64,000 nucleotides of DNA, taken from assembly GCA_028534125.1 (NCBI GenBank), contig CM052817.1, positions 92,754,001-92,818,000 on the forward strand. The letters run 5' to 3'. Positions 1-12,680 of the stretch are shown here, in pieces. The number at the start of each line of letters is the position of its first letter. Positions within the stretch are counted from its first letter, which is position 1. Source of the DNA: Lama glama. Taxonomy: Eukaryota. The translations under genes were made by a program, and so were the position numbers. The notes beneath the pieces are model-generated. The model saw nothing but the letters and a program-made list of their open reading frames with translations. It did not search any database and was not told where the DNA came from.

Positions 1-1207
1 TTGAGTTTGTGTGCATGTATGTGCGGTCTCAGCAAAATGCACATACTCACACGAAAAATGAAAACTGTATATACACATATATGTGTGTGTTGTAGCTTTT
101 TCTTTTTATATGTAAAAGATGCTCTAACTTCTTTACTGAAGAAAACAACTCAAAACTGCTTGTGACAGACACATCGATGATATATTTAAAGGAAATTGTG
201 TGGGGACATGTACATTTCTGGGGTTTTTGTCTGCAGACAACTCATGGCAACGTCTTAACTGAGGCACTACTCCCCGCTAAGCACTGGAGGAGACACTTCC
301 GGAAAAAAAAAACCATCTTTTAAGAGAAACAGTTCTTGCCGTGTGGGGTATACTAAAGTCACATTTTAAACATTTCTAAGAATGTATGAAAAAGAGCATG
401 ATGTCATCAGAATTTCTGGTCCTTTTTCATTTACTAAGAATCCTCAGGAGTCTGAGATAAGACCAAGCCGTGGCAGCTGCAGTGAATCCAAGGAGCTGCC
501 AATCAGACACACAGAGAACACAGGCGTGTCCAGCACATACAGAAGCAAATAACCAGGACAAAAGAGAACCTGGATGTGCTTTCCAAGTGGGAGCAAAGTT
601 GATTTTTTCCCAATAAATTTAAAGATGTTAAGAAGTGAGAGCTTCTGATAGTATATATGCTTTGGTGAGATAAACAAACAAAAGACACGCTTAAAACAAG
701 ATATCATTTCAGAAGGAGAATATGTCTTGAATCCTCAAAGACAAACCTGGTGAGAATGGTTTCTAGAAGCCATGGGAATGATGTGGGAGAAAGAAGAGGA
801 ATCTACAACATTCGCTTGAGCTCTGTCCTCCTTCCTCCTGAAGACATCCTTTATAAATGCCTCTTGTTCATCATCTTCTGGCTTTCTTAGCTCCGTTCCT
901 CCCCACCAAGCTGGACCTCCAGCTCACTCCAGGGACACAGTAGGCTCGTCCTCCTCACAGTGTCCTGTCAAATGATGCTTCTCCCTCCCCCTTAGATCCC
1001 TAGAACCCAGGGCCGCCCTTCTACTCCCAGACAGGCCTGTTGCTCCCACTTTTCTCCTCCTAGCTGAAGGTCTAGCTTTATATCTCTTGTAAAACTTGCT
1101 TCTGCACCTTCTGCTTTCTTGGGGGACTTGGTCAAACTCCCTTTGGCACTTGACATCATTTGAACTCCCTTGACTCTAGGCTCATTTAAATGTTTAATTT
1201 GATTTGG

Positions 1208-1458
1208 AGTAGTGCTTAAGCACTTGGTCTCTGATGATGGACTTTCGGGCTTGGAGTCTGAGCTCCAACATTCTCACGAGCTGTGTAACTTTAGGCAAGT
1301 TACCAAACTTCTCTGTGCCTCATATTCCTCATCGTAATAGGGAGCAAAACATCACCTAACTCGTAAGGTTGTTGTGAGGAATAAATGAGTGAATAAATAA
1401 GAAGTACTTAGAACAGTACCAGCCAGACAGTAGATACTGAGTAGTTATTAGCTGTTAT
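1208..1458 (+). mobile_element. MIR SINE, near full length
   Basis: MIR core gctgtgtaactttaggcaagttaccaaacttctctgtgcctcatattcctcatc and 3' tail gttgttgtgaggaataaatgag...acttagaacagt. Confidence 0.85.
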
Positions 1459-1639
1459 GTTGGCATCAACAAGATCTTCAATTATGAGGCGTTCTGCTCA
1501 CCATTTTCTGCCTCTAAACTTTGGCTGGCTGGTCCAGTCCCTGATATCTTACCATCTCCACCACCAAAAGACTCCCATCTTCAATTGCCAACATGCTGCC
1601 CAGAAGTGGGAAAGGTCAGAACGGGAACTGATAGGAGGT

Positions 1640-2210
1640 GATACTAACAGACTGCCTGCCACGTGCCAGACCTGGGCCAGGTGCATTCACACGCCTCACC
1701 TCATGTGATTTCTGTAAGTCCTAGGAACTCAAGTGCAACCACTGGCCCCTCTCTGAATCCTGACTGAAAATAAATCACCTGTAAAAAGACATCTTTGAGA
1801 CAACTGGGTCAATCAGAGTAGAGATTTCCCAGAGTACAGTGTCAGAGGCTACTAAGGAATGTTTTTAAATTTTGTTAAGTGGGATAATGTCATTGTGGCT
1901 GCATATGTCTTAAAACGCGCTTCTCACCCAGAGATCCGTACTGAAGTAATGACGCGATGACTGGGATGGACTGTAAAACATTCCTCCCCATAAATTATGT
2001 GGTGGACAGATGATTCAATACTGGTACCATTTTGATAATTTTTGAAACTGTATGATGGGAACATGGGATACTATTCTCTCAATATCTGTCATATGTTTGC
2101 AAACTTCCACAATGAGACGTTTTTAAAGAAGGCATCTCATTTACAAATGAGGAAACTGGCCCTGACAGGTTGAGTAACTTGCCTAAAGTCACAAAGCCGG
2201 TATTCAACAG
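1640..2210. mobile_element. Minus-strand MIR split by an old L1M(C/D/E) 3'-end fragment (~1720-2125, + strand)
   Basis: MIR halves: tgccacgtgccagacctgggccaggtgc at ~1660 and atttacaaatgaggaaactgg...aggttgagtaacttgcctaaagtcac at ~2140-2190. An L1M-like 3'UTR lies between them. Confidence 0.6.
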
Positions 2211-3299
2211 TCTCTTGAGTTGATGCCAATTGTACTCCTAAGAGTAGCTCTTCAAAGCTTCCTTCTTGGCTGTCATCTTCTTTACATCAGAATTTCTCTA
2301 TCAACAAGAATTTGCTCTTTTTTCACTCAGGGCTCTAAGGAAGTTTTCCTTCTTCCCAATGCAACCTTTCTCCAATCCTCAGCCAGGAGAGAAACAACTG
2401 AATTCTTAATTCCCCTCTTCTGACTTCCAAAGCTGGTAACGTGATGCCTCCGCTGGTCCCCCCACCTTCTCTCGAGATTTCCCTGTTACAAAACTACCTT
2501 CTGATGATGCTCTCATTCCTTTGGTTTATTGCTTCCTGCTTGTATTCTTCCCTGACAACATCCCCGACACTTGCTGTTTGCCCAGATCTTGACAACAATG
2601 TGTTTCCTGTCCCCATCACTCAAAACAATGGACTCCTCAAAGGCGACAGCACAACCTAATTTCAGAACCATTTGGACACTTCAGTCTTGCTTCGTTAACA
2701 TCTCTGCAGCTGGCTGACAATCTACTTCTGCATAAAACTCCCTTCGTGGTGTGCTTCCTGTCCGTGAGCTGGGTGGGTTCTCCTCCCCATCTCTGATGGC
2801 TCCCCTGAATCTCCTCCTGCACCCAGTACATTGAGCAGTTCTTCCAGGTTTTGTGTTGAGCCCAGATCTGCTCCTTTTGACAACCTCCTCCACTGCCAAT
2901 GCCTCAACATCCCCTTGAGGTGACTCTATCATCTCTATCCCACTTCCAATCTTTTCCTGACGATCACAAAATCTCATGGGTGAAAGAAATCTTAGAAATC
3001 ATCGCATTGATCTCTTTATCTCATGTGTAGGATACAACGGAGACCACATCAACCCATGCCGACACACTCTGTAACTGTCAAGTACCATCAAATAATCCTG
3101 CCTCCCAATTACTTGCTGGATGGCTCCACGTGATTGTTATTCAAGTCCCTTGGACTTAAAATGCCCCAAGCGTGTACCATCTTTCTCAGAAATCAGCTTC
3201 TTTTCCTAACATTCTTACTTCTGTGAGGAGCATTTTTATTGCTATTATTTCTGTTACAGGCTTAAGATCTTGGGATCATCTTAGACCTTCTTTCTTCAA

Positions 3300-3930
3300 C
3301 TAAAGAATGTATTTTTCAGAGCAATTTTAAGTTCACAGCAAAACCGCGCAGTAAGTACAGTGTTTCCACATGCCTCTCTCCACCCCTCCAGCCTCCACCA
3401 CCAACATCCCTTGCCCCAGTGGTGCGTTTGTTACAATCAATGAGCCTACGCTGAAACACCATCCTTACTCAAAGTCCACAGTTTATATTAGGATTCATTC
3501 TCTGTGCTGCCCATTCCATGGGTTCTGACATGCATATAAATGACACGCTTCAACCATTATAGGATCATACAGATATAAAAAACCCTCTGTGTTCACTTGG
3601 TCATCTCTCCATGCCCCCTAAGCCCTTGGCAATCTCTGGTCTCTTTACTGACTGTCTCCATAGTTTTTTGCCTTTTCCAGCACATCATACAGTTGGAATC
3701 ATACAGTGTGTCACCTGTCAGGTTGCCTTCTCTCCCTTAGTAATACGCATTTAAAGTTCCCCTATGCCTTCTCCTGGCTTGGTAGTTCACTTCTTGTTAG
3801 TGCTGAATAATATCCCATTGTCCTGCTGTGCCACAGTTTATTTATCCGTTCACTGACCGGAGGACATCATGATTGCTTCCAAGCTTTATTACGAATAAAG
3901 CTGCTATAAAGATATGTGCGCAGGTTTTAC
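3300..3930 (-). mobile_element. L1MC-type LINE-1 3' end
   Basis: Typical L1MC1/2 3'UTR text: agagcaattttaagttcacagcaaaa...tttgttacaatcaatgagcctac...gttggaatcatacagt...gaataaagctgctataaa. Confidence 0.8.
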
Positions 3931-4229
3931 ACTTTTTGTTTTCATCCTCTATAAACCTCCAATAATAAATCCAATATAATAATACATAGCCTTTAATAAT
4001 AAAACTCCAATAATAAAAAAATTATATGCTGCTTAAGGTTTATAAACACTTAACCTATGACATTTCATTTGATGCAGATATTATAGTTTTTTAACTTCCA
4101 ACAGAAAACAGGAGGGAAGGTGAGAAGCACTCGTCCAAGGTCACACAGCATGAAGGTGGGTGTGCACAGACTTGAGTGAAGGCTCTTCTCCTTTAAATGT
4201 CAGTCTAGTCCCTCGAGGCTGCTGAGTCC

Positions 4230-4650
4230 TAATATTCTATGTCTTGAATCCCCCTTTTCCTTCTCATGTCCATTGTCACCACTGCAGTTCGGAAGGGACC
4301 TCTTCATCTTTTGCACAGACTGTCAAGATGCTCTTTTATTCGGTTACACTTCTTCTGGTCCACCAGAACCCCTGTCCGCTTCACTGCCTTGACCACATCA
4401 TCCAGGGTCTAAATACCATAGCATCTCCTCCCTGCTTGTGAAACCTCAGTGTCTCTTCTTTCCCTGTTGAATAAAGTCCAAATGTCTCACCCTGGTCCTC
4501 AGAGCACTCCAGCCTGAGTGCCTGTGCCTCTCTCTGGCCCCCATACATTTTCTTTATCATTAACAGGCAAAGCAACACCCCTGGCCTTATCCGACTTCCT
4601 CTAAGTCTGTGCAACTCTAATAAGCCTCCTGCCACGCACGCCCTCCCTGT
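4230..4650 (+). mobile_element. L2 LINE fragment
   Basis: Pyrimidine-rich L2-like text, e.g. ctccctgcttgtgaaacctcagtgtctc...gaataaagtccaaatgtctcacc. Confidence 0.55.
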
Positions 4651-4874
4651 CACCTTCACTGGCTAGTTATCTAGCACACGGTTTCCAGAGACAGGCAGCA
4701 CAGAGAGGAGTGGCTGGAAAGGGTTCCCAGCTGTCGACTCTCTGCCAGAGTCCTCACAAAAAGGACTGGCAGAGAAGATGCCACAAGTCACTTCCCCAGC
4801 ATTCTGCAGTTGTAGTCATGCATAAATTAAAAAAAAAAAGAAGGGAAAATAAAATCACCACAAAAACTACTGAC

Positions 4875-5030
4875 CCTGTATTTTCTGACTCAAAGAAAGA
4901 CAAGTGGAAAGGGTCATAATTATACTGAAATATGGCACAGGTCTTTTTCCAAGGGGTCGTCCCTGTTATACAACACTGCTGGATTTTTTCCTGTTTATCT
5001 GTAGTCACCAAAAAATCCTTTAAAGGCAAC
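4875..5030 (-). other. Internal exon (156 nt) of a minus-strand host gene, probably 5'UTR or uORF-bearing; tentatively APBB2 exon 2 (unverified)
   Basis: Minus-strand acceptor cttttttcatatacc-T12-gcggtcAG|GTTGCC and donor TACAGG|GTCAGT. It lies in a stretch with no recognisable transposons and is open in one frame (LPLKDFLVTTDKQEKIQQCC...SENTG). The APBB2 idea rests only on my recollection of a 156-nt non-coding second exon after a long first intron. Confidence 0.7.
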
Positions 5031-8000
5031 CTGACCGCAAAAAAAAAAAAGGTATATGAAAAAAGGAACTTTACCCAAAGAATGTTAGGAGAAATCCACT
5101 GCAATAAATAGTGTGAGTTCAGGATTTGCTGGAACATAACTTCTGGTTCTGTACAGACCACATCAACATTTTAATCTGGTTTACAAAATGATGCAAACTC
5201 TTGGATCTCATAATGTAAATAAAATCAATGGTCTAGAACGAAAAGTTCCATGTCAAATGCAAAATACCTTATAATCATCAAGAAAATAATTTTAGGTATT
5301 TGTGGTGACGTCTCTCTAGTTCTGTGTAATTAATTTAAAATTCTTTTCTCTAGGTATGAAAAAAGATTTTTTTTTGAAGCATCACTGTCATGCTTGGCAG
5401 GAGTCATTGAAAGACTATATTTAGTTCTTATTAGATGAGAAAATCAACAATCAGATCGCTTTCATTTTAGTGGAAATTTTACCATAAAAAAGTCTCAGGA
5501 TGAGAGAGTTTTAAAGTGATTTCTCAAGTGAACTGTGCTCAGGTATAGAAATATGTGCTAAATTTTCATAATCATTGCCATCACCTCTCCCATCCCTCAA
5601 CGTCAAATTCCCCAGCATATGTTGAAGAACTCAACGGAGATTTAAATATCTACCATCTGGAAATGCATATGAAAACCTTTTCATATTTCCCAGCCTGGTA
5701 AGAGCAAATGTCTCTTTCACACGTCTTCAAAACTAACCAATTCAAGTGGATTTCTGAACAACAAGCATTTAAAGCACAGAAGGTCCCAGCAGCAAGGTTA
5801 TTTCCTTGGTCCTCTGATGGACCCTCTCAAGATGATAAAGAAGAGAGCTTTAAATGCATAAACTGACTGGATTAGCAGTTTATGGTTAGAATCTAAATTC
5901 AGTTCATAAGTCAAAATTAGCCTGGCAAACTCCTTGAATCACCCATAAAGTACGATATAAATGATGGTTAGTGTTTACTGCACCACCTGCTTGGTGATTT
6001 TATCACTTCCTTTAACTTTTTGATAGTCGCTGCTTCTGTAGACTCGCCATTATTCAGCTCATTCACCCACAAAGTACTCTCCTCTCAGTTCTTTGGCCAC
6101 TGGAGATTTTGGGGAGGGGCATGTTGGTTTGTTTCCATTTTATTTTGTTTTATTGGTCAATGGCAAGAAAAAAATCCTTAAACTCTTTCACACATATATT
6201 TTGTTGGTTTCTCTAACTGTGTCAGGCTTGACAGCTCCATGGTTTATGGTGCACTTTTGCTGATTCTGTTCAGTAGGGATATTTTGAAAGATATTTTTCT
6301 CGCCCCCCCGCCCCCAACCCCCGCAGTAAGCCAGAGTTTCATTTGGGTAATTTACATGCACATGTGCTGCAACTCCACATTTTCAGGTAAAGCCACTATA
6401 AAAGGCAGCGCGTGCTGAGCCAGCACTTTAGGCTGAGGAGTGAATGGGCTGGATTCCATCCTAGTCCCTGTGATCCAAGCCTTGTGCCCGTGGAGCAGGG
6501 ACCTGCTTGTGGAATTTTTCGAATTTTCTCAGAGTCAACTTCCCAAGTGCCCTGGCTCTAGAAAATGCCCATTCTTCATTTATCCTGTTTGAAATGCTTC
6601 TTCTACTATCCAGGGGACTAAGAGGTAATTCTTTCTAAACACGAGACTACGGCAACCTCTATGAACCACGGCCAGCTACACAGTTCCCACCTACTCAGCT
6701 CCGTGGGCCAATTAGAGTCATTTCATGATGTGTTTTTTTTCTTTTTTTTTCTTTTTGTTTAAGACACTCTTCATGATCTAAGCTGTTTCATTTGATTACA
6801 TGACTGAGTAAGATCCATGCAGGGTTGAGGATGAGATCCTGGCTAAACTGGATCCTGCACACTGGCCAAGAAAAAACACTGTGGTTAAGCTGCACTGAAC
6901 AGATAAAATATTCTCCCTTTTTTTTCGGCTGCACACTCCAGCAAAGCATAGCAACTTGCCCACGAACACTACTGAGTCGCATCAGAAATCTAAGGGATCA
7001 AGACGTAATGGAAGAAAAGAGGCACCATCACAAAACCTGGCTTCTCACTTGACTTCTGGGACCATTCTCCCCACTGGCTAACAAATAGAGGTGAATGGGC
7101 GATTCCTTGCCTGCAGACTGGAACCCTAGACATATGGATGAAATCAGGACATCTGATAAAAGTTACAGATAATTCCACTTCAAAGGTAGCTATGCTTTCC
7201 ATTTCCAAAAGCTTTTATCATTTGGTCCATATGCCTGTCTCCCCAACACAGGGCCTTGGGGGAACAGATGTGGCCCATTGTTCCAGGTAAAAGCCCAACA
7301 TGTGGGAACCAGGCTATCAGTAACACCCCGTGCCAAAGGCCAGCTGTCTCTGGTGCCCCACACCCATACCCCATGCATGGGAGAAACTGTAAGTGAAATA
7401 GACTCTGTGGCAGTAGGACTCAAAAAGGAAGGCGTGAACCCTAGCCGAGCCACGCAGCTTGCTAACTGCTCCTGCAACCAGTGGACAGAGGAAAGGGCAC
7501 TGGAACTCACGCTGCATTCCTCATTAGAGCAGAGTCCTGGGACCACAGCTGCGTCGACTTACAACTGGAGGCCCAGCAAATGTCCTAAGACATGAGGGCC
7601 AATGTAAGAGAGTAAGGGGTGACGAGAAAGAAATCTCTCTTTACACAGGCAAAAATGGTCCCTGGGAACAGACAGCTGGTGCACAGTTTGGAAGCAAGGC
7701 TCATGATCTCTTGGCACCAGGGTGTGTTCTGCAGGCTGGTGGAACAACAGCTCTCTGGAAGTTTTGAATCTTTTAGATTATGATCCTCTTTTATGATTTT
7801 ACTAACCCCATCTCCCCCAGGAAAAGAACATACGGACTTTGTTAGAGGGGCTATTGTGCAACATATAGACCGATGAAGGCAAAATAAGGCAAAACACCCT
7901 TAAAAAGTCACATTACTGGCTTAATGGCTATGCACAGATGGGAGTGAGGTGGTACCTTTGTAAACTTTTTGTTTGGTTGTCTGATGTTGCCAGTTACAGT

Positions 8001-8631
8001 TTGTTTCTCAACGTTAAGGCAAAATACTATTCAGTGACCAAGCAAATTTAAAACTATCCCAGTAAGAAACAAATCCTTTGGACATACGACATTTTCTACA
8101 TTCCAGCACCATCCTTATCATTCTGTACACTCAACCAGTGGATGAAAGCTGATCCAGGGAAGCAGATTGGCTAAAATGTTGCAGAAAAAAACAGTATCAA
8201 GTTGAGAAAGTTTTTTTTTTTACTACATTTTTGAGATTCCTTGGGTGCTTTTCAGTATATAATATACTTTTCTACGTCACCTAAACAAAGTGTCACAAAA
8301 ACATGGAAGACTATCATCAAAGATAGGTGTGTGGTTCTACTCAAATGATCATCAAAAGCATTTATCTAAACTCATTTCTCCCCACTGCTTTCCATCTAAA
8401 TTTGCCACGTGGAGGAAACTAAATTCTATTCTCACACGTCACACTGGATGCACGAATCTGATCCACAGGAAATCCAGTATGGGAAGTGCTTGTAGACATT
8501 GTGGGTCTCATCGCACAGCAAGTTTAGGAATAAGGAAAGACAAGGTGAGTGTATTAAGTACCTTCTTTTATTCAGTCCAAGTTTATTGTGTACCTACAAT
8601 GTACCCTAGTACTGGCCAAGGGACACCAGAA

Positions 8632-8880
8632 ACAAAATTTAAATTTTTCGAGGAGCCACATTAAAAAAAGGTGAAATTTAATTTAATGTTTTACCCAACA
8701 TATCTAAAATATTACTTCAATAGATTATCAGTGAAAAAATCTACTGGAATATTTTACACTTTTTTTTTCATACTAAGTCTTCAAAATCTAGTTTGTATTT
8801 TACACCTTCAGCTTGTCTCAATTTCCCAGCCACACTTCAGGTGCCCCAGCCATACAGAGCTAACAAGTCAGACAGCAGGT
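8632..8880 (+). mobile_element. MER33/MER3-like hAT-Charlie DNA transposon
   Basis: agccacattaaaaaaaggtgaaatttaatt...ttttttcatactaagtcttcaaaatctagtttgtattttacac...cagccacacttcaggtg. Confidence 0.75.
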
Positions 8881-9451
8881 CTCCAGACAAACCAAACAAT
8901 AACAAACCACCTCTGTGCTTTCTGGCCTCCCTTACTCTTTTGCTCTGTTCTTCCTGCCAGGAAGTTCTTATTCTTTATACACACATTCATTTACTCATTT
9001 AACATGCATTAAGCCTCAGTTTATGCCAATATGGCAGAATAGTTAGCTGGTAAACTTACCTCTTATGAAACCCTAGGAAATGCTTGCTAAAATATAACAA
9101 ATATTCTCTGAAATATATAGCTTTGAAATGCAATAGCTAGGATTGTAAGAACATAAGGGAAATTTCCAGGACCAAAAATTAGACAGGGTGGAGGTGGTGG
9201 TACCTGAACTGCCAGTGGGTTGGTCCTAGATAACTGAAAAGTTTGGCTTCTATGTAACAAAAAAACGAGGCTTGGAAGATGCTCAAGATGTGAATTGGAG
9301 CTGAGATCTATCTATAGCAATGGGACTACAGAACGCAACGGTAATCCTACAGTAAAACACTGACTCTGGAAAAAAATTCTCCCTCAGTCACAGGAGAAGA
9401 CAAGAAGCATAAATGGGGGGGGGTCCTCCTCTTAAAATTCCTACCTATGTT

Positions 9452-9692
9452 TATAGAGAACAAACCAGTGGTTACCAGTGGGAAGAGGGAAAGGGCAAGA
9501 TAGGGATGAGGAGTAAGAGGTACAAAGTATTAGGTACAAAATAAATGAACTACAAGGATATATTGTACAGCACAGGGAATAGAGCCGATATCTTATAACT
9601 ATAAATGAAGAATAATCTGTAAAAATTTTGAATCACTATGTTGTACACACGAAACTAATATAATACTGTAAATCAACTATACTCAATAAAAA
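9452..9692 (+). mobile_element. LINE-1 3'-end fragment within older L1/HAL1-like sequence (~9020-10440)
   Basis: gagaacaaaccagtggttaccagtggg...ctacaaggatatattgtacagcacagggaat...aatcaactatactcaataaaaa. Confidence 0.85.
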
Positions 9693-11121
9693 GAAGAATC
9701 TATAAAACAATGTTTTTAGGCCAACTTGAATAGAAACCTTTAGGGATACAGATTAAAACAGCCAAATGCTTAACTTATGGAAGTTATATTAATTTAGAAG
9801 CACATATAGATCTCAAATAACATTAATAAATCATGATAATTTTGAAAAAAATTGATATCTATGGGTTTCTCCCCATTTAGGCTTATGGTTCAAATTTAAA
9901 CTAACATGTATGTTCCAGGAACTCCCAGAAATACAACTGGGTGCAGAAGCAAACACAGAGTATCTAGAATCAGAAAAAAAAAGATCTATAATTTCATACC
10001 CAGATAAACTATCATTTAAAAATTACATTGAATCCAGGGCATTTTTAGGCAAAGAGTTGGAGTTTACCACTAAAAGACCTTATTAAAAAAACAGTATTTA
10101 AATACATTGTTTAGGAAGAAGGAAACTGAACCCAGAAGAAAAAAGAAAAAGAGATAGAGAAGGAAGAATGAATAACAAAACTGGTAAAAATGGATTTATA
10201 TACAAGTAAGCACCAATTGTTTAAAACAGATATAATAATAATTACTATAATAACAGAACAATTTATTTGATAATGTAAAAAAAAAAGGACCTAAAAATAC
10301 AACAATAAGGGAGAGAGATGACTGGAGTTAAAGTGTTCTAAATTTCTTCTAAGAATAGGATGTTTATTAGCTTTATAATATGTCATATATGCATGAAACA
10401 TTTTAAGGGCAAAATAAAAAATTGAAAAAATTTTTTTGTCTTTAAAATGATTAGAGAAGAAACAGGGGCAAACTAAACCAAACCATAACACTGTGTGTCA
10501 GGCACTGTACTAGACACTGGAATCCCTATAATGAATAGAACAATAATCAGGGGGAAAAACACACAGTTGATGAATGAGAAACATAAGTAAATATTCATGA
10601 TACAGTGAGAAAACACACAAAGTGAGAGTCTGTTGGAGGGAGTGATTTATTTTTCATAGACTATTCAGGGAAGAATGAACAAGGAATCCTACGACAGCAC
10701 AGAAATATAACATGAGACACCTATCAAGTGTGCAGCAGTCCCACATTCGTGGCAATCACATTGGACCACAGGGGTCTACAGAAGCAGCTTCCAACTTGAT
10801 GTTCTCTGTATCACTGTGCCCAAAGACACTTAGGTGAGGTATGTGATATATTTTCTGCATTTAACTCAGTTTGGTAAATTCTAGGATGAACAAAATTAAA
10901 CTGTGTCTAAGCTGCACAGCTTCTCTGAGCCTTCAATACATGTATCCTCCCAAGAGGGAATATGGTATGCACTGTAATCTTTCACAAATGTATTTGTTCA
11001 TGTACTACTTTTTGTTTACAGTACACCTGATTATGCCTCCCAGAAAAATCTGTTGGGGAATGTCAGTGTGAGAAACTCTGGTTTCAGTCATAGGGAAAAC
11101 TCAAAGGGTTTGGCAAGATAT

Positions 11122-11704
11122 CTGGCCACAATGGCATGAAACTCAAAATCAGCCACAGAAAGACAAATGAGAAAAAAGCAACTGCATGGAGACTAAACAA
11201 CATGCTTCTAAAACACCAATGATGAAATCAAAGGAAACTGAAAAATATCTTGAGACAAATGACAATGAAAACACAACCACACAAAATCTACGGGATGTAG
11301 CAAAAGCAGTCCTAAGAGGGTAGTTCATAGCAATACAGACCTTCCTCAAAAAACAAGAAAAATCTCAAATAAACAACCTAACCTACCACCTATAAGAACT
11401 AGAAAAAGAAAAACAAACAAAATCCCAAGTCAGCAGAAATAAAGAAATCGTAAGGATCAGAGAGGAAATAAATAAGAGATTAAAAACAATAGAAAAAGAT
11501 CAATAAAACCAAGAGCTGATGTTTTGAAAGAGTAAACAAAACCAACAAGACTTTGGCCAGGCTCACTAAATAGAAAAGAGAGAGGACCCAAATAAACAAA
11601 ATTAGAAATGAAAGAGAAAGAATTAACAACCGATACCACAGATACACAAAAAACCGTAATAAAATGCTACGAACAATTATATGCCAACAAATTGGACAAC
11701 CTAG
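11122..11704 (+). mobile_element. Internal LINE-1 ORF2 fragment (endonuclease C-terminus/linker), degenerate
   Basis: Translates, with stops and frameshifts, to ORF2-like HNGMKLKI..AWRLNNMLL..KYLETNDNENTTTQNLRDVAKAVLRG..FLKKQEKSQINNL..INKTKS..KTLARL..TQINKIRNE. Confidence 0.9.
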
Positions 11705-12389
11705 AAGGATTTGGGAAGACATAAAGTTGGAAACACAGGCAAATGTCAGGTCAGACTCTCTATCTGCCAGGCTAAGAAGTTTGGGTCTCACAATAGCGAG
11801 TATGAAGCTGTGAAGACATCTGAGCAGGGGAGTGAGAAGTAGCGCCTCTGGTTCTCAAACGTGGTCACAGAGAGCTGTGACGCACTGTGACGCGGTCCCT
11901 CTAGAACAGTCACAGTGACTTTCCAAGGGCACGGTTGGGTGCTTTCCCTCAGTCAAACAGTCAAGGCTAACTTCTCTTTTGTCTGCTAATCACACCATCA
12001 TTCCTTGTTAGTGGGCCGTCCAACTGAGATGGGAGGAGGAAAAAAATCCCCAAATTGAAGAGCCCAGGTTATGGAGAGGTTTCCCCTGATTCTGGAATCA
12101 GTTTGGTTGAAAAGGAACTATAGTTTTGTTTTTGTTTTTTAATTAGAGCATGCTTATAAGCCATGATAAATGACAGCATCCTCTGGAATACATGGCCTAG
12201 AATCAGAATAAGGGCCCTAAATGTTATGCAGATAATGACTTTCTTTGTCCCGAAATGTCTTATTTTTTGAATAGGTCATATATTCACATTGTTCAAATTA
12301 TACACATACACGCTCTTATACAATGAGATGATTCAGCTCCACTCTCCTACCCAGCTGCCATCACTCTACAGCAGAGACTGGGTAGATAG

Positions 12390-12680
12390 TGTTTAAGCCT
12401 GCTTCTTCTAGATCTTGGCACACAGACTACAATTCCCAGCCTCCCCTGCAATTAGATATGGCCATATGATTAAGTCCTGGTCAGGGGAGTATGAGTCATT
12501 TCCCTGCCTGGCCCACAACAGCCTCCCACAGTCACCCCCCTATTTCTTTCCCAACTGCTGGCTGAACATTGACACTAAGGGCAACCCCAGAAGCCATGTA
12601 ACTAGGAAAGTGAGGCCTCTATCAGCCCTGGCCCCTGAGAGACTGTGTGGAGCACAGCCCTCCTCCCTGCCCCCAATGTT
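12390..12680 (+). mobile_element. MLT1 (I/J-like) ERVL-MaLR LTR fragment
   Basis: cacagactacaattcccagcctcccctgcaattagatatggccatatgattaagtcctgg...agactgtgtggagcacagcc. Confidence 0.7.

Noticed and set aside
6825..7747. Cluster of overlapping ORFs on both strands (possible processed pseudogene)
   Set aside because: No recognisable homology, poly(A) tail or TSD.
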